A stretch of 62,045 nt of DNA, filler included, from Stramenopiles sp. TOSAG23-3 (lineage: Eukaryota), in NCBI GenBank assembly GCA_900128585.1. It is 20 parts of 20 records of this genome, joined end to end, with 100 filler letters (N's around TTAATTAATTAA, not from the genome) between each part and the next. Parts side by side here need not be neighbours in the genome. Positions count along the whole stretch, not along the records: positions 1 to 3,024 come from LT644460.1; positions 3,125 to 6,143 come from LT644461.1; positions 6,244 to 9,262 come from LT644462.1; positions 9,363 to 12,377 come from LT644463.1; 16 more parts are not named here. One strand, given 5' to 3'. The notes beneath the pieces are model-generated. The model saw nothing but the letters and a program-made list of their open reading frames with translations, did no database searches and was not told where the DNA came from. Below are positions 1 through 10,189 of the stretch, piece after piece; within the stretch, counting starts at the first letter, position 1; every line of letters begins with the position of its first letter. The position numbers were made by a program, and so were the translations under genes.

Positions 1-137
1 TCTTTCTTCTTCTTCTTCTTCTTTCTTCTTCTTCTTCTTCTTCTTCTTCTTCTTCTTCTTTCTTCTTCTTCTTCTTCTTTCTTCTGCTTCTTCTTCTTCT
101 TCTTCTTCTTCTTCTTCTTCTCTGTTTTCTTCTTCTT
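1..137. repeat. (TTC)n microsatellite at contig start; similar TTC/GAA/TTTC tracts at about 6268-6366, 9020-9238, 18500-18607, 37818-38030, 43251-43398, 55782-55860, 59055-59130
   Basis: Direct reading of near-perfect tri/tetranucleotide repeats, mostly at or near contig ends. Confidence 0.95.
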
Positions 138-855
138 GTGGGGGACTGACTGACTGACCATCGATAATAGTAATACAAAATATAACCACCAGGTAGTATT
201 AATAGTGTCAAAAATCATGATCATGACTGGTGAAGAAACAAAAAAATAAAAGGAAGAGCCACGAGAGAACGACTAAAATAATTATAGGAAATTTAAAATG
301 TAATAGTTATTATACATTTAATTATAGCTATAATAATAAGGATGTGTTCCTTATTTTCATCAGGAATAAATAATAAAAATATGATATGTCCCTTCGCGAA
401 TAATATTGATTTTAATTAGACCTACTAACTAGACTAGATTAAATTAATACATATTCATAGTATAGAAAGAAAAAAAGAAAAATCCCAACACCTGACAACA
501 CAACAAAAACGAAATTCCGAATGAACCTTACTTTTACTTTTGGCTTATTATAGTCTACCGTACTGATCTACGTATTAGCTTCTTCTTTTTTTTCTTCTTC
601 TTCTTCTTCTTCTTCTTTTTTTTTTTTTTCGCGTTCGTTCTTCGCATTGTTGTTGTTGTTTTTTTGTTTGTGAAGAAGAACAAAAATACATTTCGTTAAT
701 AAATCTTTTTATTGAAGAATTTGTATTGTTTTTATGACGAAAGTAGAAATCAAGGTATTGAAAAAACTTTCGAAGGATCGTGATATCTATGGAATGAGAC
801 AGTAGAAGGCGGTTGGAAAGAAAGAGAGAGAGAGAGAGCGAGAGTGTGATAAAGG

Positions 856-2598
856 ATGAAGCGTTATAGAGACGCGCTTGCAGAGTTCAAAGCGAGGTTT
901 GATGCTTCGGACACAACGCCCGCCGTTCAACCCGGCAACAATGAACGTAGCGATACGGCCTCACCGAAAGCGAAGAAGAAGAAATTTGAGGACAGAGGCG
1001 ACCGTGGGATTACGAGAAAAAAGAACTCGCCCAGGGCGGCAGGCAACGCCGGAAGGAAACCTTCAAAACCGAACAAGCGAGGCGGCAAGCAATCGCCTGG
1101 GAAGAAGGCGCTCCGGCAGCGGGACCCGTCCGTGAAATACTTGGCAAGCCCGGAGTCTGCGCCAAAGGTGCAAGACGCAAAAAACTTTTTTGCAAGGCAA
1201 TGGCCCTCTGGAAAGTTTAACATAGTTTGCGGGAAGCGCACCGGGTGGAGAACGGTCGCGAAGCTCAGTGTCCGCGGGACTCCTCCGCTCATCGGTCTGT
1301 TTGCACCCAAGTCTCACCGAGTTATTCCGACCCCGAATTGCCCGGCTCACCACAAGGCGATCAATGCCGCTTTGAAGCACTTGGAAGCAGCGATAAAGGT
1401 CGTCTCTTTAGACGGGTACGACGGAAAGAACCCGGGGGGGCTGTCGTACGTAGCATTCTCAGTGAAGCGGAGCGTGTCGCAGGTTCAGATGACGTTGGTG
1501 TTCAACAACGAGAACCGTTCCTCCGTCGGGGAAAAGAAGCTGATGCACCTCGCGGACATTCTCAGTCGCTGCAGCGGAAGCACCAACAAGCGCAGCGGTG
1601 GGAGGCATGGGAAGAAGGGCGGCCCCCAGGGACAGAAAAACCTTCTGTTTCACTCCATATGGTTCAACTTTCACCCCGCCAACCGCCACGATAATTCAAT
1701 TTTTGAATGGGACGACAGCTGTTGGGAGTGCGTTCACGGCCCACAGAGCGGGGTGGAAGAGTTCTTCACGGGCGTGTCCACGGTCAAGCCAGTCCCCAAG
1801 CTGTACTTCCCGCCGTACGTGTTTCGACAGGCAAACTTAGATGCTTTTGCAAACATTGTTCGGGTCATTCGCACGTACCTCCCCAATGGGAAACGGGTTC
1901 CAAAGAAGAAGGTGGTGGAGCTGTACGGCGGCGTGGGAACGATCGGTTTGAATATCTTGGACCTCGTGGCGTCCCTTTCCTGTTCGGACGAGAACCCCCA
2001 CAACGAAAAATGTTTTTTGAAATCGTTGGCCGGGATAAAACAAGAAGCGTTCCGTTCCAAGGCAAAGTACACGACGGGATCGGCCAAGACCATGGTGGAA
2101 AACCGAGAGCTTGAGGGAAAAGACATTTGTATCGTTGACCCTCCACGGAAAGGGATGAGCGAGGAAGTTTTGCAAGCTCTGCTTGGCCCAAAGGGCCCCA
2201 AGCGTTTGATATACGTGTCGTGCGGCTTCAAAGCTTTTCAGCGCGATTTTGCAACGCTAACCTCGAACCATTCAAGTTACCATTATAAGCTTATGCACGC
2301 AGAGGGCCATATTTTGTTCCCAGGATCGGACCATCTGGAGACCGTCGCAATTTTTGACAAGAGTGGAACCATTCCTTGGGAACAGGTGGACACCGACGCT
2401 GCACTGGACGACGAAACTGCGAAGCCAGAGGCCCCTTCTAGAATGTTGGGTGAGAATACGGAGGAGAAGAAGGCGAAGAAAGAGAAGAAGGCGAAGAAAG
2501 AAAAGAAGGCGAAGAAAGAGAAGAAGGCAAAGAAAGAGAAGAAGGCAAAGAAAGAGAAGAAGGCAAAGAAAGAGAAGAAAGCGAAAAAGGAGAAGTAG
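856..2598 (+). CDS. TrmA/RlmD-family RNA (uracil-5-)-methyltransferase with Lys-rich N-terminus and (KKAKKE)n tail
   Basis: Motifs ELYGGVGTIG (SAM binding), FRQAN, IVDPPRKG, IYVSC (catalytic Cys), LFPGSDHLETV. Confidence 0.88.
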   Translation: MKRYRDALAEFKARFDASDTTPAVQPGNNERSDTASPKAKKKKFEDRGDRGITRKKNSPRAAGNAGRKPSKPNKRGGKQSPGKKALRQRDPSVKYLASPESAPKVQDAKNFFARQWPSGKFNIVCGKRTGWRTVAKLSVRGTPPLIGLFAPKSHRVIPTPNCPAHHKAINAALKHLEAAIKVVSLDGYDGKNPGGLSYVAFSVKRSVSQVQMTLVFNNENRSSVGEKKLMHLADILSRCSGSTNKRSGGRHGKKGGPQGQKNLLFHSIWFNFHPANRHDNSIFEWDDSCWECVHGPQSGVEEFFTGVSTVKPVPKLYFPPYVFRQANLDAFANIVRVIRTYLPNGKRVPKKKVVELYGGVGTIGLNILDLVASLSCSDENPHNEKCFLKSLAGIKQEAFRSKAKYTTGSAKTMVENRELEGKDICIVDPPRKGMSEEVLQALLGPKGPKRLIYVSCGFKAFQRDFATLTSNHSSYHYKLMHAEGHILFPGSDHLETVAIFDKSGTIPWEQVDTDAALDDETAKPEAPSRMLGENTEEKKAKKEKKAKKEKKAKKEKKAKKEKKAKKEKKAKKEKKAKKEK

Positions 2599-2663
2599 TA
2601 AGAAATGTAAAGAGAGTGTACACGTATTATTTACTGAACCGCCAGCATGTTGTTTCCTTAAAA

Positions 2664-2877
2664 TTAAAACATCTATGCCGCTGTTTACTAGCCAATTGGA
2701 ATCTTGACCAGAACTTGGGAAAGATCTTCAAGATCAAACTCATTACCGATCATTCTTTCAAAGAGCAGTACAGCAGAAAACGAGCGCCTTTAAAACATTT
2801 ATGCCGCTGTTCACTTGGCAATTGGAATCTTGACCAGGACTTGGGGAGTATCTGCTATAGGAAGAGATAGTGTTCTT
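2664..2877 (+). repeat. Imperfect direct duplication (about 65 bp unit, about 124 bp apart) of a dispersed repeat also present at 27723-27788
   Basis: ttaaaacat(c/t)tatgccgctgtt...caattggaatcttgaccag(a/g)acttggg occurs at about 2664-2720 and 2790-2846. Confidence 0.8.
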
Positions 2878-3024
2878 GAACTGACACCTTTTTATACACA
2901 TATATTTCGTTCATTGGAAAATCTATCATCCCCTCGGTGATTGACAACCAACAATGAAACAAAACTACAGAACCAAGTTAGGATTAGGGTATGAGGAAGC
3001 TAAATTTAATTACTTAAATAACAG

Positions 3025-3124
3025 NNNNNNNNNNNNNNNNNNNNNNNNNNNNNNNNNNNNNNNNNNNNTTAATTAATTAANNNNNNNNNNNNNNNNNNNN
3101 NNNNNNNNNNNNNNNNNNNNNNNN
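3025..3124. other. Artificial contig spacer (44 N + TTAATTAATTAA + 44 N); 18 more start at 6144, 9263, 12378, 15493, 18608, 21722, 24835, 27947, 31059, 34166, 37270, 40372, 43473, 46572, 49671, 52766, 55861, 58955
   Basis: Identical 100-nt structure with stops in all six frames; contig lengths never increase along the window (3024 down to 2991). Confidence 0.99.
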
Positions 3125-3125
3125 G

Positions 3126-4940
3126 GGGGGGGGGGGGGGGGAAAAAAAAGGGGGGGGGGAACCCCCGGGGGGGTTTGGGGGGGGGGGGGGACAGAACAAT
3201 AAACGAGGGAAACGCCCTAAGCGAGACAACAAGCCGAACCAGAAGGGTAAAAACAAGGGGGAGACGGGTGCGGGGGGTAAAGGCGGGAAGCGTGGTGGGA
3301 AAGTGCCCCCTGCCCCACCGCAGGCCAAAGCGACCCCGCCCGCCCCGTCCTCCGATAGTAAACAAAGCAGCAAGAAGCGTGGTGGGAAAGTGCCCTCTGC
3401 TCCACCGCAGGCCAAAGCGACCCCGCGCGCCCCATCCTCTGATAGCAAACAAAGTAGCAAGAAACGCGGAAATTCGAACAAAAAGAAACGGGGGAAAAAG
3501 AACGACAAGGCCCCCAAGGCAGCGGTCAACCAAAACCCTTCGAACGGCAAAGCGGCTGCTGCCAGCGGCAAAAAGAAGAAGAAATGCAGATACGGGGCAA
3601 AGTGCACGGCGAAGAATTGCAAATTTGAGCATCTAGACTCAGCAAACAACGACGGCGGCAAGGATGGCCCGCGATCCCAAAAACAGGCGGGCAAAAACTC
3701 GGACGGGGCACGAGTGAAAAGCGGCAAGAAGGAGAAACGGGGAGACAAGAAAAAGTCTGCACCGAGAAAGAAAAAAGAGGAGCTTGGGTACCGCAAGAAA
3801 TGGATAATACGGGACCTGCCAGCGGACATGAGGGAAGAAGAGATCTTGATTTTGTTGGAGAGGGCCGTTGCACCCGCTTCCGCGGCCAGCGGCGGGGAGA
3901 AAAATCCCGGGAACACGGGCGAAGGTGGTGCGGAGAAAGAGGGCGATGGCAGAACCCCTGCGCAGAGCACAGACGACGGCGGCACACCGGCGGCTTCTTC
4001 GGGAGAGGCCAAATCGGAGACTGTGCCGGTTGACACGCCAAAGGTAGCCTCCACAGAGGGTTCCAATCTGTCCCCTGAACAAGACGCTTCTGGTGGAGCG
4101 GCTGCTGAAGAGGGAGGAAAGAAGGACGATGCGCAAGAGTCCAAGTACAAAGTGTACGATTACGTCCCATTCTGGGAGCGCGGCATACCGGGCCTCGTAA
4201 ACTCTTGCACGTTCTTCATTTCCGGTGAGCTGTCCCGCGTTGACCCGAGCTTCACCAGAAATTCACGTGTTTGGCTTGTGTTTAGTGACGAAGAAATCGA
4301 GCAGAGGGTGTACAAAAAGTTTGGGGGAGAGAGCGGGCGCAAAGTTCGGAGCAAAAGGGGAACGACGACGCTTGCGAACATGGAGGTAGCCCTTTTTCAG
4401 GACATACCGGACAGTGATTGGCACGTTCCAGAGAGCGACTCGGAGTACGAGGAGAACGTGAAACACGACAAGGCATTTTTTGATTCGGACGAGTACCAAC
4501 AATTTTTGAAGGAGCTAAATGGCGACATCGACTGGCTCCCCAGCGCCCAGCAGCAGCTAGATGAGGAGGAAGAGGCGCGAAAAGGGAAGGAAGAGAAGGA
4601 AGTGGTTGCCCCGCTCGTCGCAGCTTTAAGAAAAAGGCAACAGGAGGCAAAGGCAAAGAAGAAAAAGGCCAGCGAGAAAAAGAAGAAAGACAAGAAGTCG
4701 AAGAAGAGCAAGAAGGGTGGCGGTTTGAAATTTATGGTTAAGAAGAAGCCTGCCGGGGCAAAAAACAGCAAGGCCGGTGGGCACAACAGACCGCGGCCTG
4801 GTGGGAAAAAGGGCGCGGGAAAAAATGCCTCAAAGGCCCCGGGCAAAGAAAAGAAAACCCCCAATCAGCAAACGAAGCAACACCAGAAAAAAGGAAGCCG
4901 CGCACCGAACGAGGGCAGGAAACCGAAAAAGAAAGCTTGA
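3126..4940 (+). CDS. UPF3: UPF3/Smg-4 nonsense-mediated decay factor, 5'-partial, with N-terminal repeats and a CCCH zinc finger
   Basis: KWIIRDLP (KVVIRxLP-like), SRVWLVF, MEVALFQDIP, DSDEYQQFLKEL, APLVAAL match the Smg4_UPF3 pattern; frame stays open upstream of the listed GTG at 3303; first about 65 nt are low-quality G/C runs. Confidence 0.72.
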   Translation, partial: GGGGGEKKGGGEPPGGFGGGGGQNNKRGKRPKRDNKPNQKGKNKGETGAGGKGGKRGGKVPPAPPQAKATPPAPSSDSKQSSKKRGGKVPSAPPQAKATPRAPSSDSKQSSKKRGNSNKKKRGKKNDKAPKAAVNQNPSNGKAAAASGKKKKKCRYGAKCTAKNCKFEHLDSANNDGGKDGPRSQKQAGKNSDGARVKSGKKEKRGDKKKSAPRKKKEELGYRKKWIIRDLPADMREEEILILLERAVAPASAASGGEKNPGNTGEGGAEKEGDGRTPAQSTDDGGTPAASSGEAKSETVPVDTPKVASTEGSNLSPEQDASGGAAAEEGGKKDDAQESKYKVYDYVPFWERGIPGLVNSCTFFISGELSRVDPSFTRNSRVWLVFSDEEIEQRVYKKFGGESGRKVRSKRGTTTLANMEVALFQDIPDSDWHVPESDSEYEENVKHDKAFFDSDEYQQFLKELNGDIDWLPSAQQQLDEEEEARKGKEEKEVVAPLVAALRKRQQEAKAKKKKASEKKKKDKKSKKSKKGGGLKFMVKKKPAGAKNSKAGGHNRPRPGGKKGAGKNASKAPGKEKKTPNQQTKQHQKKGSRAPNEGRKPKKKA

Positions 4941-5152
4941 AGAATTAGAAGGTTGGTGGCAGGGGTGGCCGCGGCCATCAATAGATGATGCTAAAATACA
5001 CGCGTGCATTACGCCTTAATCCTAAATCGCCGTTAACCGCTTTAATCTGTTAATTGTGCGATAGAAACGTTGAACTTGCTACGTATAAAATTAGATAAGG
5101 TAACTGAATTAGGCTGGGTTTTTTCTTCTTTAAGTTAATAAACTCATACAAA

Positions 5153-5617
5153 TTACCAGTTATCAAACCTGAACAGGAGTAAGCCTTTCGCCCAGGGCGA
5201 CGTCCAATTCAGCTGAAAGGTGATGATCCACACGATCAAAAGGAACGTGTACAGAACAAACCCTCGGATTGACAATGAAATGTACCACTTTGTGTTCTTG
5301 TTGCACTTGTTTGAACGGTACACGTCCCAGAAATAAACTATGCCTAACAGCCACAGGAACGGCAGAAAAAAACAGCCCCCATAAAACAACCGTTTCGACA
5401 GCTTTTCCATCTCTTTCACTGCCTTGTCATGGTGACTTTCTAAATCCAGGCGCACCCCCCCATCGTTGCCATTCTCCTTTCCATCTTTGGTTTCTTCCCC
5501 GTCCCCATCGCCTGTCTCCGTATTTTGCGTCACCATCTTAATTCCCTCCCCTAGGTCACCAACTGACAGTTTATCAGTTGGCACCAACGTCTCACTCTCC
5601 TCCGCCAACGACGACAT
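5153..5617 (-). CDS. PEN2: Gamma-secretase subunit PEN-2 (presenilin enhancer 2)
   Basis: LSKRLFYGGCFFLPFLWL..IVYFW, KWYISLS, second TM ending WIITFQ..W. Confidence 0.85.
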   Translation of the reverse strand: MSSLAEESETLVPTDKLSVGDLGEGIKMVTQNTETGDGDGEETKDGKENGNDGGVRLDLESHHDKAVKEMEKLSKRLFYGGCFFLPFLWLLGIVYFWDVYRSNKCNKNTKWYISLSIRGFVLYTFLLIVWIITFQLNWTSPWAKGLLLFRFDNW

Positions 5618-6309
5618 TTACGAACGATCGTGGTGGCTCAACTCCTCTCTTAAACGCAGCTCCTAAGCTGGCAAACCTGCACTATTAGTTGCACTATTGT
5701 TTTCCCTAAGAGATGTAATATAATTATGTCGTAATTCTTATTTACTTTTTTATAAACTTCTTTATCGATGTGCGTGTATAATAGTATATATATGTATGAG
5801 AGTCTTAAAACATACTAGTCTATATAATTTGTTTTTTTTTTATGTAATAATAAATACCTAAAAAAATGTAATAAGAGAAGAAAAGAGGCAATTCTTCTTC
5901 TTCTTCATTCTTCACGCAAGTTGTTAATTAATTCAAGTACAAATATTTTACATAGGAAACTCTGTATTAAATATTAATATTTGTTTTTTTTTATTATTTT
6001 TTTTTCCTTCATTTTTTCTTTCTTTTTTTTTTTTTTTCCTTCTTCATCATTTTTTCTTTCTTTCTTTTTTGCTCTCTGTTGTTGTTGTTGTGTTGTTGTT
6101 TAGAGTTTTTGGTGCGTGTGGGAATGATTTTCAAAATTATAATNNNNNNNNNNNNNNNNNNNNNNNNNNNNNNNNNNNNNNNNNNNNTTAATTAATTAAN
6201 NNNNNNNNNNNNNNNNNNNNNNNNNNNNNNNNNNNNNNNNNNNCTTCGCTCGTTGTGTTCTGCTGCACTTCTTCTTCTTTCTTCTTTCTTCTTCTTCTTC
6301 TTCTTTTTT

Positions 6310-6356
<47 letters not shown>

Positions 6357-6601
6357 TTTCTTCTTCTATTCTTCTCTACTACTTTTTTTATTTATTATTA
6401 TTTTATTTCTTCTTTTTTTTCTTTCTTGTACCGGTACCAGTAGTTGCTTCGTTCGATGATTGTGAACAAACAACGATGGAAGTAAAATAAGTAACACATG
6501 TATCTTTAAGCATCGACAAATTTGTGTAAATTTGAAACTCAAGAACAGTACGTATTAGATTATCAACAACACACTGTAGCAATTGAAACTGTCGGCGTGC
6601 C

Positions 6602-7231
6602 ATGTCGGAGTCCATAAACCCAGAAGAAAACAATACCGAAGTCGTAAGCGCAGCAGCGGCCACGGAGGTCCCAGCGGAAGCCTTGCCAGAGGAACAGGAG
6701 GAGGCCGTACAGTTGGATCCAGAAGCAGATAGTGAACCCGCCGAAGAGGTTGCCGTTGTAGAGGAGACGGCCGCGGCTGCCCCAGCAGCTGCACCTGAAG
6801 AAGATGGGGAAATTAGTGGCGAAAAAGCACAGGGGGACGACGCGAGCGTGAAAATAGCCGAGGACAACAGCAAGGAAGCCGAGGACAAAGTGGGGGAGGA
6901 TGAAGAAGAAGGCGACGAGGATGGCGAGGATAAAGAAGACGATGACGTTGACGAGGAGTCTGAAGAGTCCGAAGATTCCGATGATGACGACCTTCCGTGG
7001 TACGAAGATGAAGAGTTTTGGCTGGGGGACGCAAACTCAGGTGGGTTCGAGTGGGACCAGCACGGTGCCGCCACGCGGGCAGCGATTGTTCTGACCGCAA
7101 AAAGTGCACGAGCACTATCGAAGGCCAAAGTTGCCCTTCATTACTGCTGGCTACCATTTGTCATTTACTTAGGCATGCAACATCCCATTAACGGAAAACA
7201 CCTTACCGTGCGTGATGTCCTGGGTATATGA
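6602..7231 (+). CDS. TOM7: Tom7-like mitochondrial import subunit with long acidic N-terminal extension
   Basis: C-terminal KAKVALHYCWLPFVIYLGM..P....TVRDVL matches the Tom7 signature (KxxxHYGxIPxIIYLG). Confidence 0.7.
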   Translation: MSESINPEENNTEVVSAAAATEVPAEALPEEQEEAVQLDPEADSEPAEEVAVVEETAAAAPAAAPEEDGEISGEKAQGDDASVKIAEDNSKEAEDKVGEDEEEGDEDGEDKEDDDVDEESEESEDSDDDDLPWYEDEEFWLGDANSGGFEWDQHGAATRAAIVLTAKSARALSKAKVALHYCWLPFVIYLGMQHPINGKHLTVRDVLGI

Positions 7232-7533
7232 ATGAACGGGACCTCTATAGGGCCGGGGCCGTATGAGACGATAGATAAAGTTTTAAAATGATATTTCTAT
7301 AAGATAACATATGTTAAGTTTACCTCCGAGTAATTGCTAAAAGCTAGACCGTTTAATTTTTAAACATTCAAGGGCAGCACTACGGATCGCACCGCGTGTA
7401 ACTTATTTTACACCCACGCCCTACTCGCATTTAAAAAACAATAGTTATAATACAGAGTGTATTTTAAATACCAAAAGAGTGCCTAACGCTCGGGCGTTTT
7501 AATCTGTTATTAACCACTCTTCCCAAAAGTAAT

Positions 7534-8775
7534 TTACGAGATGAACAAAATGCTTCCGTGTACCGACCGTTTTTTTGCTTCCTTTTCGAAAATTGAACGA
7601 GTGATGGACGTATCCTTGCAGGACAACCTTTTCAACCGTGAACAGTTTTCCAGCACTGGGATAATATCGTGAATACGAATACGCCGACACTTGTCGAGTA
7701 CCAACACCGTCAAACCCAACGCATGGTTTCCTAACGCCTCTATGCCGTCGCCGTCCACCTGGGTGCACCACCCTAAGAACAGCTCTTTCAGCTGAGGGCC
7801 GTAGCACTCTGCAAGCAAACGAATCCCGCGACCAGAGACGCTGGCGCCCGTTAAGTTCACAATAGACAGCTGCGGCAAAGGGTTGACCCCCCCCACCACC
7901 CGTGGCATACACAGACCTTGAGCAAGCCACTGATCGTCCACGATGTGACACCCAATGCCAAGGCTCAGTAAGGCGAACCCCTTGGTTTCGACGAAAGAGC
8001 GCAGGGCGTCGCCGGAGTTCAGGGTGCAACCCGAAACGTTCAATTTAGACAGGTTCAAGGATTCACAGTCCTTCAAAATCTTGAAAACGTCGCCATCAAT
8101 CCTTTTTGAGGACAGTTCCAAGCACTCCAGCGGGCTATCGGGATTACTATCCATGTGGTTCTTCAGCAGATACGAAACCCCCACGTTGGTCAGCGCCACG
8201 CGCGCAAGCTTGATGTGCTGGAGCGACGGTAGCACGCTTGCCAAGGAGGACAGGTCACTGTCGCCGAAATCCGGCACTTGCGACAGGCTCAAACTGGTTA
8301 AACTGCGGCAGTGGGTCACCAGCGAGGCGACGTACGTCACCGGGGCATGGTCGATTTCCAACGTCATCAACGACAAGTTTCCTGTAAAGCCACAGTTCCA
8401 AAAATTTAACTCGTTCTTGATGTTCGATATTCGCAGGCGCAACAGTCTGGCCAGCACGTCGCTGTCTTCCAGGTGCCCCAGCTGCTTCGCCGACAAGCTG
8501 ACATCGTTCAAGACGAGCGTCTTCATGTTCTTCGCGAACTTTGGGACTACGTCCTCGAGCAAACTCTTCAATACCCTCTCGCTTCGGACCTTAGTTATTT
8601 CGATCGATTGCATGGAACCTGTCCAATCCTTCCACATTTCTTTGCATACATAAATAAAGTTTCGGTACACATATAAAAAATCTCCAACGTAGTCCGACAC
8701 CAAGCATTGTACGATCGGTGGCAGCGACCGCAACGATATCGCGCACGGCTTCCCTTCTACCGCAAGGCTCGCCAT
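7534..8775 (-). CDS. F-box/LRR-repeat (AMN1/FBXL-type) protein
   Basis: F-box-like LRSLPPIVQCLVSDYV...VCKEMW, then Cys-containing LRRs (LKELFLGWCTQVDGDGI, LTVLVLDKCRRI, CSRLKRLS). Confidence 0.75.
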   Translation of the reverse strand: MASLAVEGKPCAISLRSLPPIVQCLVSDYVGDFLYVYRNFIYVCKEMWKDWTGSMQSIEITKVRSERVLKSLLEDVVPKFAKNMKTLVLNDVSLSAKQLGHLEDSDVLARLLRLRISNIKNELNFWNCGFTGNLSLMTLEIDHAPVTYVASLVTHCRSLTSLSLSQVPDFGDSDLSSLASVLPSLQHIKLARVALTNVGVSYLLKNHMDSNPDSPLECLELSSKRIDGDVFKILKDCESLNLSKLNVSGCTLNSGDALRSFVETKGFALLSLGIGCHIVDDQWLAQGLCMPRVVGGVNPLPQLSIVNLTGASVSGRGIRLLAECYGPQLKELFLGWCTQVDGDGIEALGNHALGLTVLVLDKCRRIRIHDIIPVLENCSRLKRLSCKDTSITRSIFEKEAKKRSVHGSILFIS

Positions 8776-10189
8776 TCTACGTTTAGCACTCGTCTCCTTC
8801 CCAGTTCATATAGCTACGCCACAGTACTCTGAATGCAACAATATACAAATCATTAATAAAAATGTATTAAGCGTATTGATATAAAATAAGAAACAATCAA
8901 AACAAACAACTTCAACGAACTAACGAACGTGCAAACAACACATGCAGATGTCATCCTCCTCTTCTCTCTATGTTCACAGCATATAAAATCAAAAAATAAA
9001 TGCCAACAACTGAGCGAGCGAAGAAGAAAGAAAGAAATAAGAAAGAAGGAAGAAAAGAAAGAAGAAGAAGAAATAGTTAGTACGGTACATACAGTATAGG
9101 AAGAAGAAGAAGAAAAAAGAAAGAAGAAAAAAGAAAAAAGAAGAAAGAAGAAGAAGGAAGAAGAAAAAGAAGGAAGAAGAAGAAAGAAGAAGAAGAAAAA
9201 AAGAAGAAGAAGAAGAAGAAAGAAGAAAGAAGAAGAAGTGCAGCAGAACACAACGAGCGAAGNNNNNNNNNNNNNNNNNNNNNNNNNNNNNNNNNNNNNN
9301 NNNNNNTTAATTAATTAANNNNNNNNNNNNNNNNNNNNNNNNNNNNNNNNNNNNNNNNNNNNAGACTAGAATAGTCGTTCTAGTATAATCTAGTACGTAA
9401 TCGACTAAGTTGTCTCCCCTGAATAAAGGATCTTCTTCCGTGTTGATTGCATTGTATACTGTATGGTGTAAAAATACAAATCCATTCAAGGCGACGAAGG
9501 CGTGACTGATTGTTCAACTTATATAATTATTATTAGTCGTCTTACTATTATTAGCTAATCATAAATCAACATAGAAGATAGGGAAAGTGCATACAAGTTA
9601 AGTATAAGGGGAAAAGGGATGGGGCAAAAACTAGAAAATGTAAATGGCGCATGAGTTTGTTTTCTGTGCATATGCAACTTTCGTCCTTTTTTTTTGTTTT
9701 TTTGTTTCTTCTTACTGTACTGTCTTTTTGTACAGCAACCGTTTTGGTAGATAGTGCTAATAAAAGGGCTCACTATATGAATAATAACAGCTTAAACCGC
9801 ATTCGAAGAAACCTCCTGAAAAAAAACCGACAAGTGATAACATCGTCATAGCATAGGGAAATAGAATAGTTTCTGCACAGAATTTTCATGATTGACTCCT
9901 CGGTAAGCATAGTCCTATATATTACAGTATAAATATCGTACACTAAGAAAATAATTGTAACATTTTTTTTATAATTCACAACACCAACTTATTATTAATT
10001 TATTATTTATCATATGATATCATATTATTTATTAATAAAAATGTTATGTTTTGTAAAACGACAAGTTTTTGAAATAAACATATACGAAGTGTAGTATTGG
10101 ATAAAAATTGATTTGAAAGCGTGCGTACGGCAGGTAGGTGCCAGGTATCGAACCCAGCAAACTTTTGTAAGGGATAATCCGAGAACAAC

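Noticed and set aside
927..2231. Many antisense and alternate-frame ORFs overlapping real genes throughout the window
   Set aside because: Shadow ORFs of GC-rich coding sequence with no motifs
2977..2990. TTAGGATTAGGG as telomere repeat
   Set aside because: Only two imperfect units and not terminal
3069..3080. TTAATTAATTAA recurring about every 3.1 kb, suggesting a regular array or nanochromosome ends
   Set aside because: Always embedded in 44+44 N; it is a six-frame stop linker, and the spacing reflects length-sorted contigs
3125..3190. G/C homopolymer block as G-quadruplex
   Set aside because: Contig-edge low-quality poly-G sequence typical of read ends
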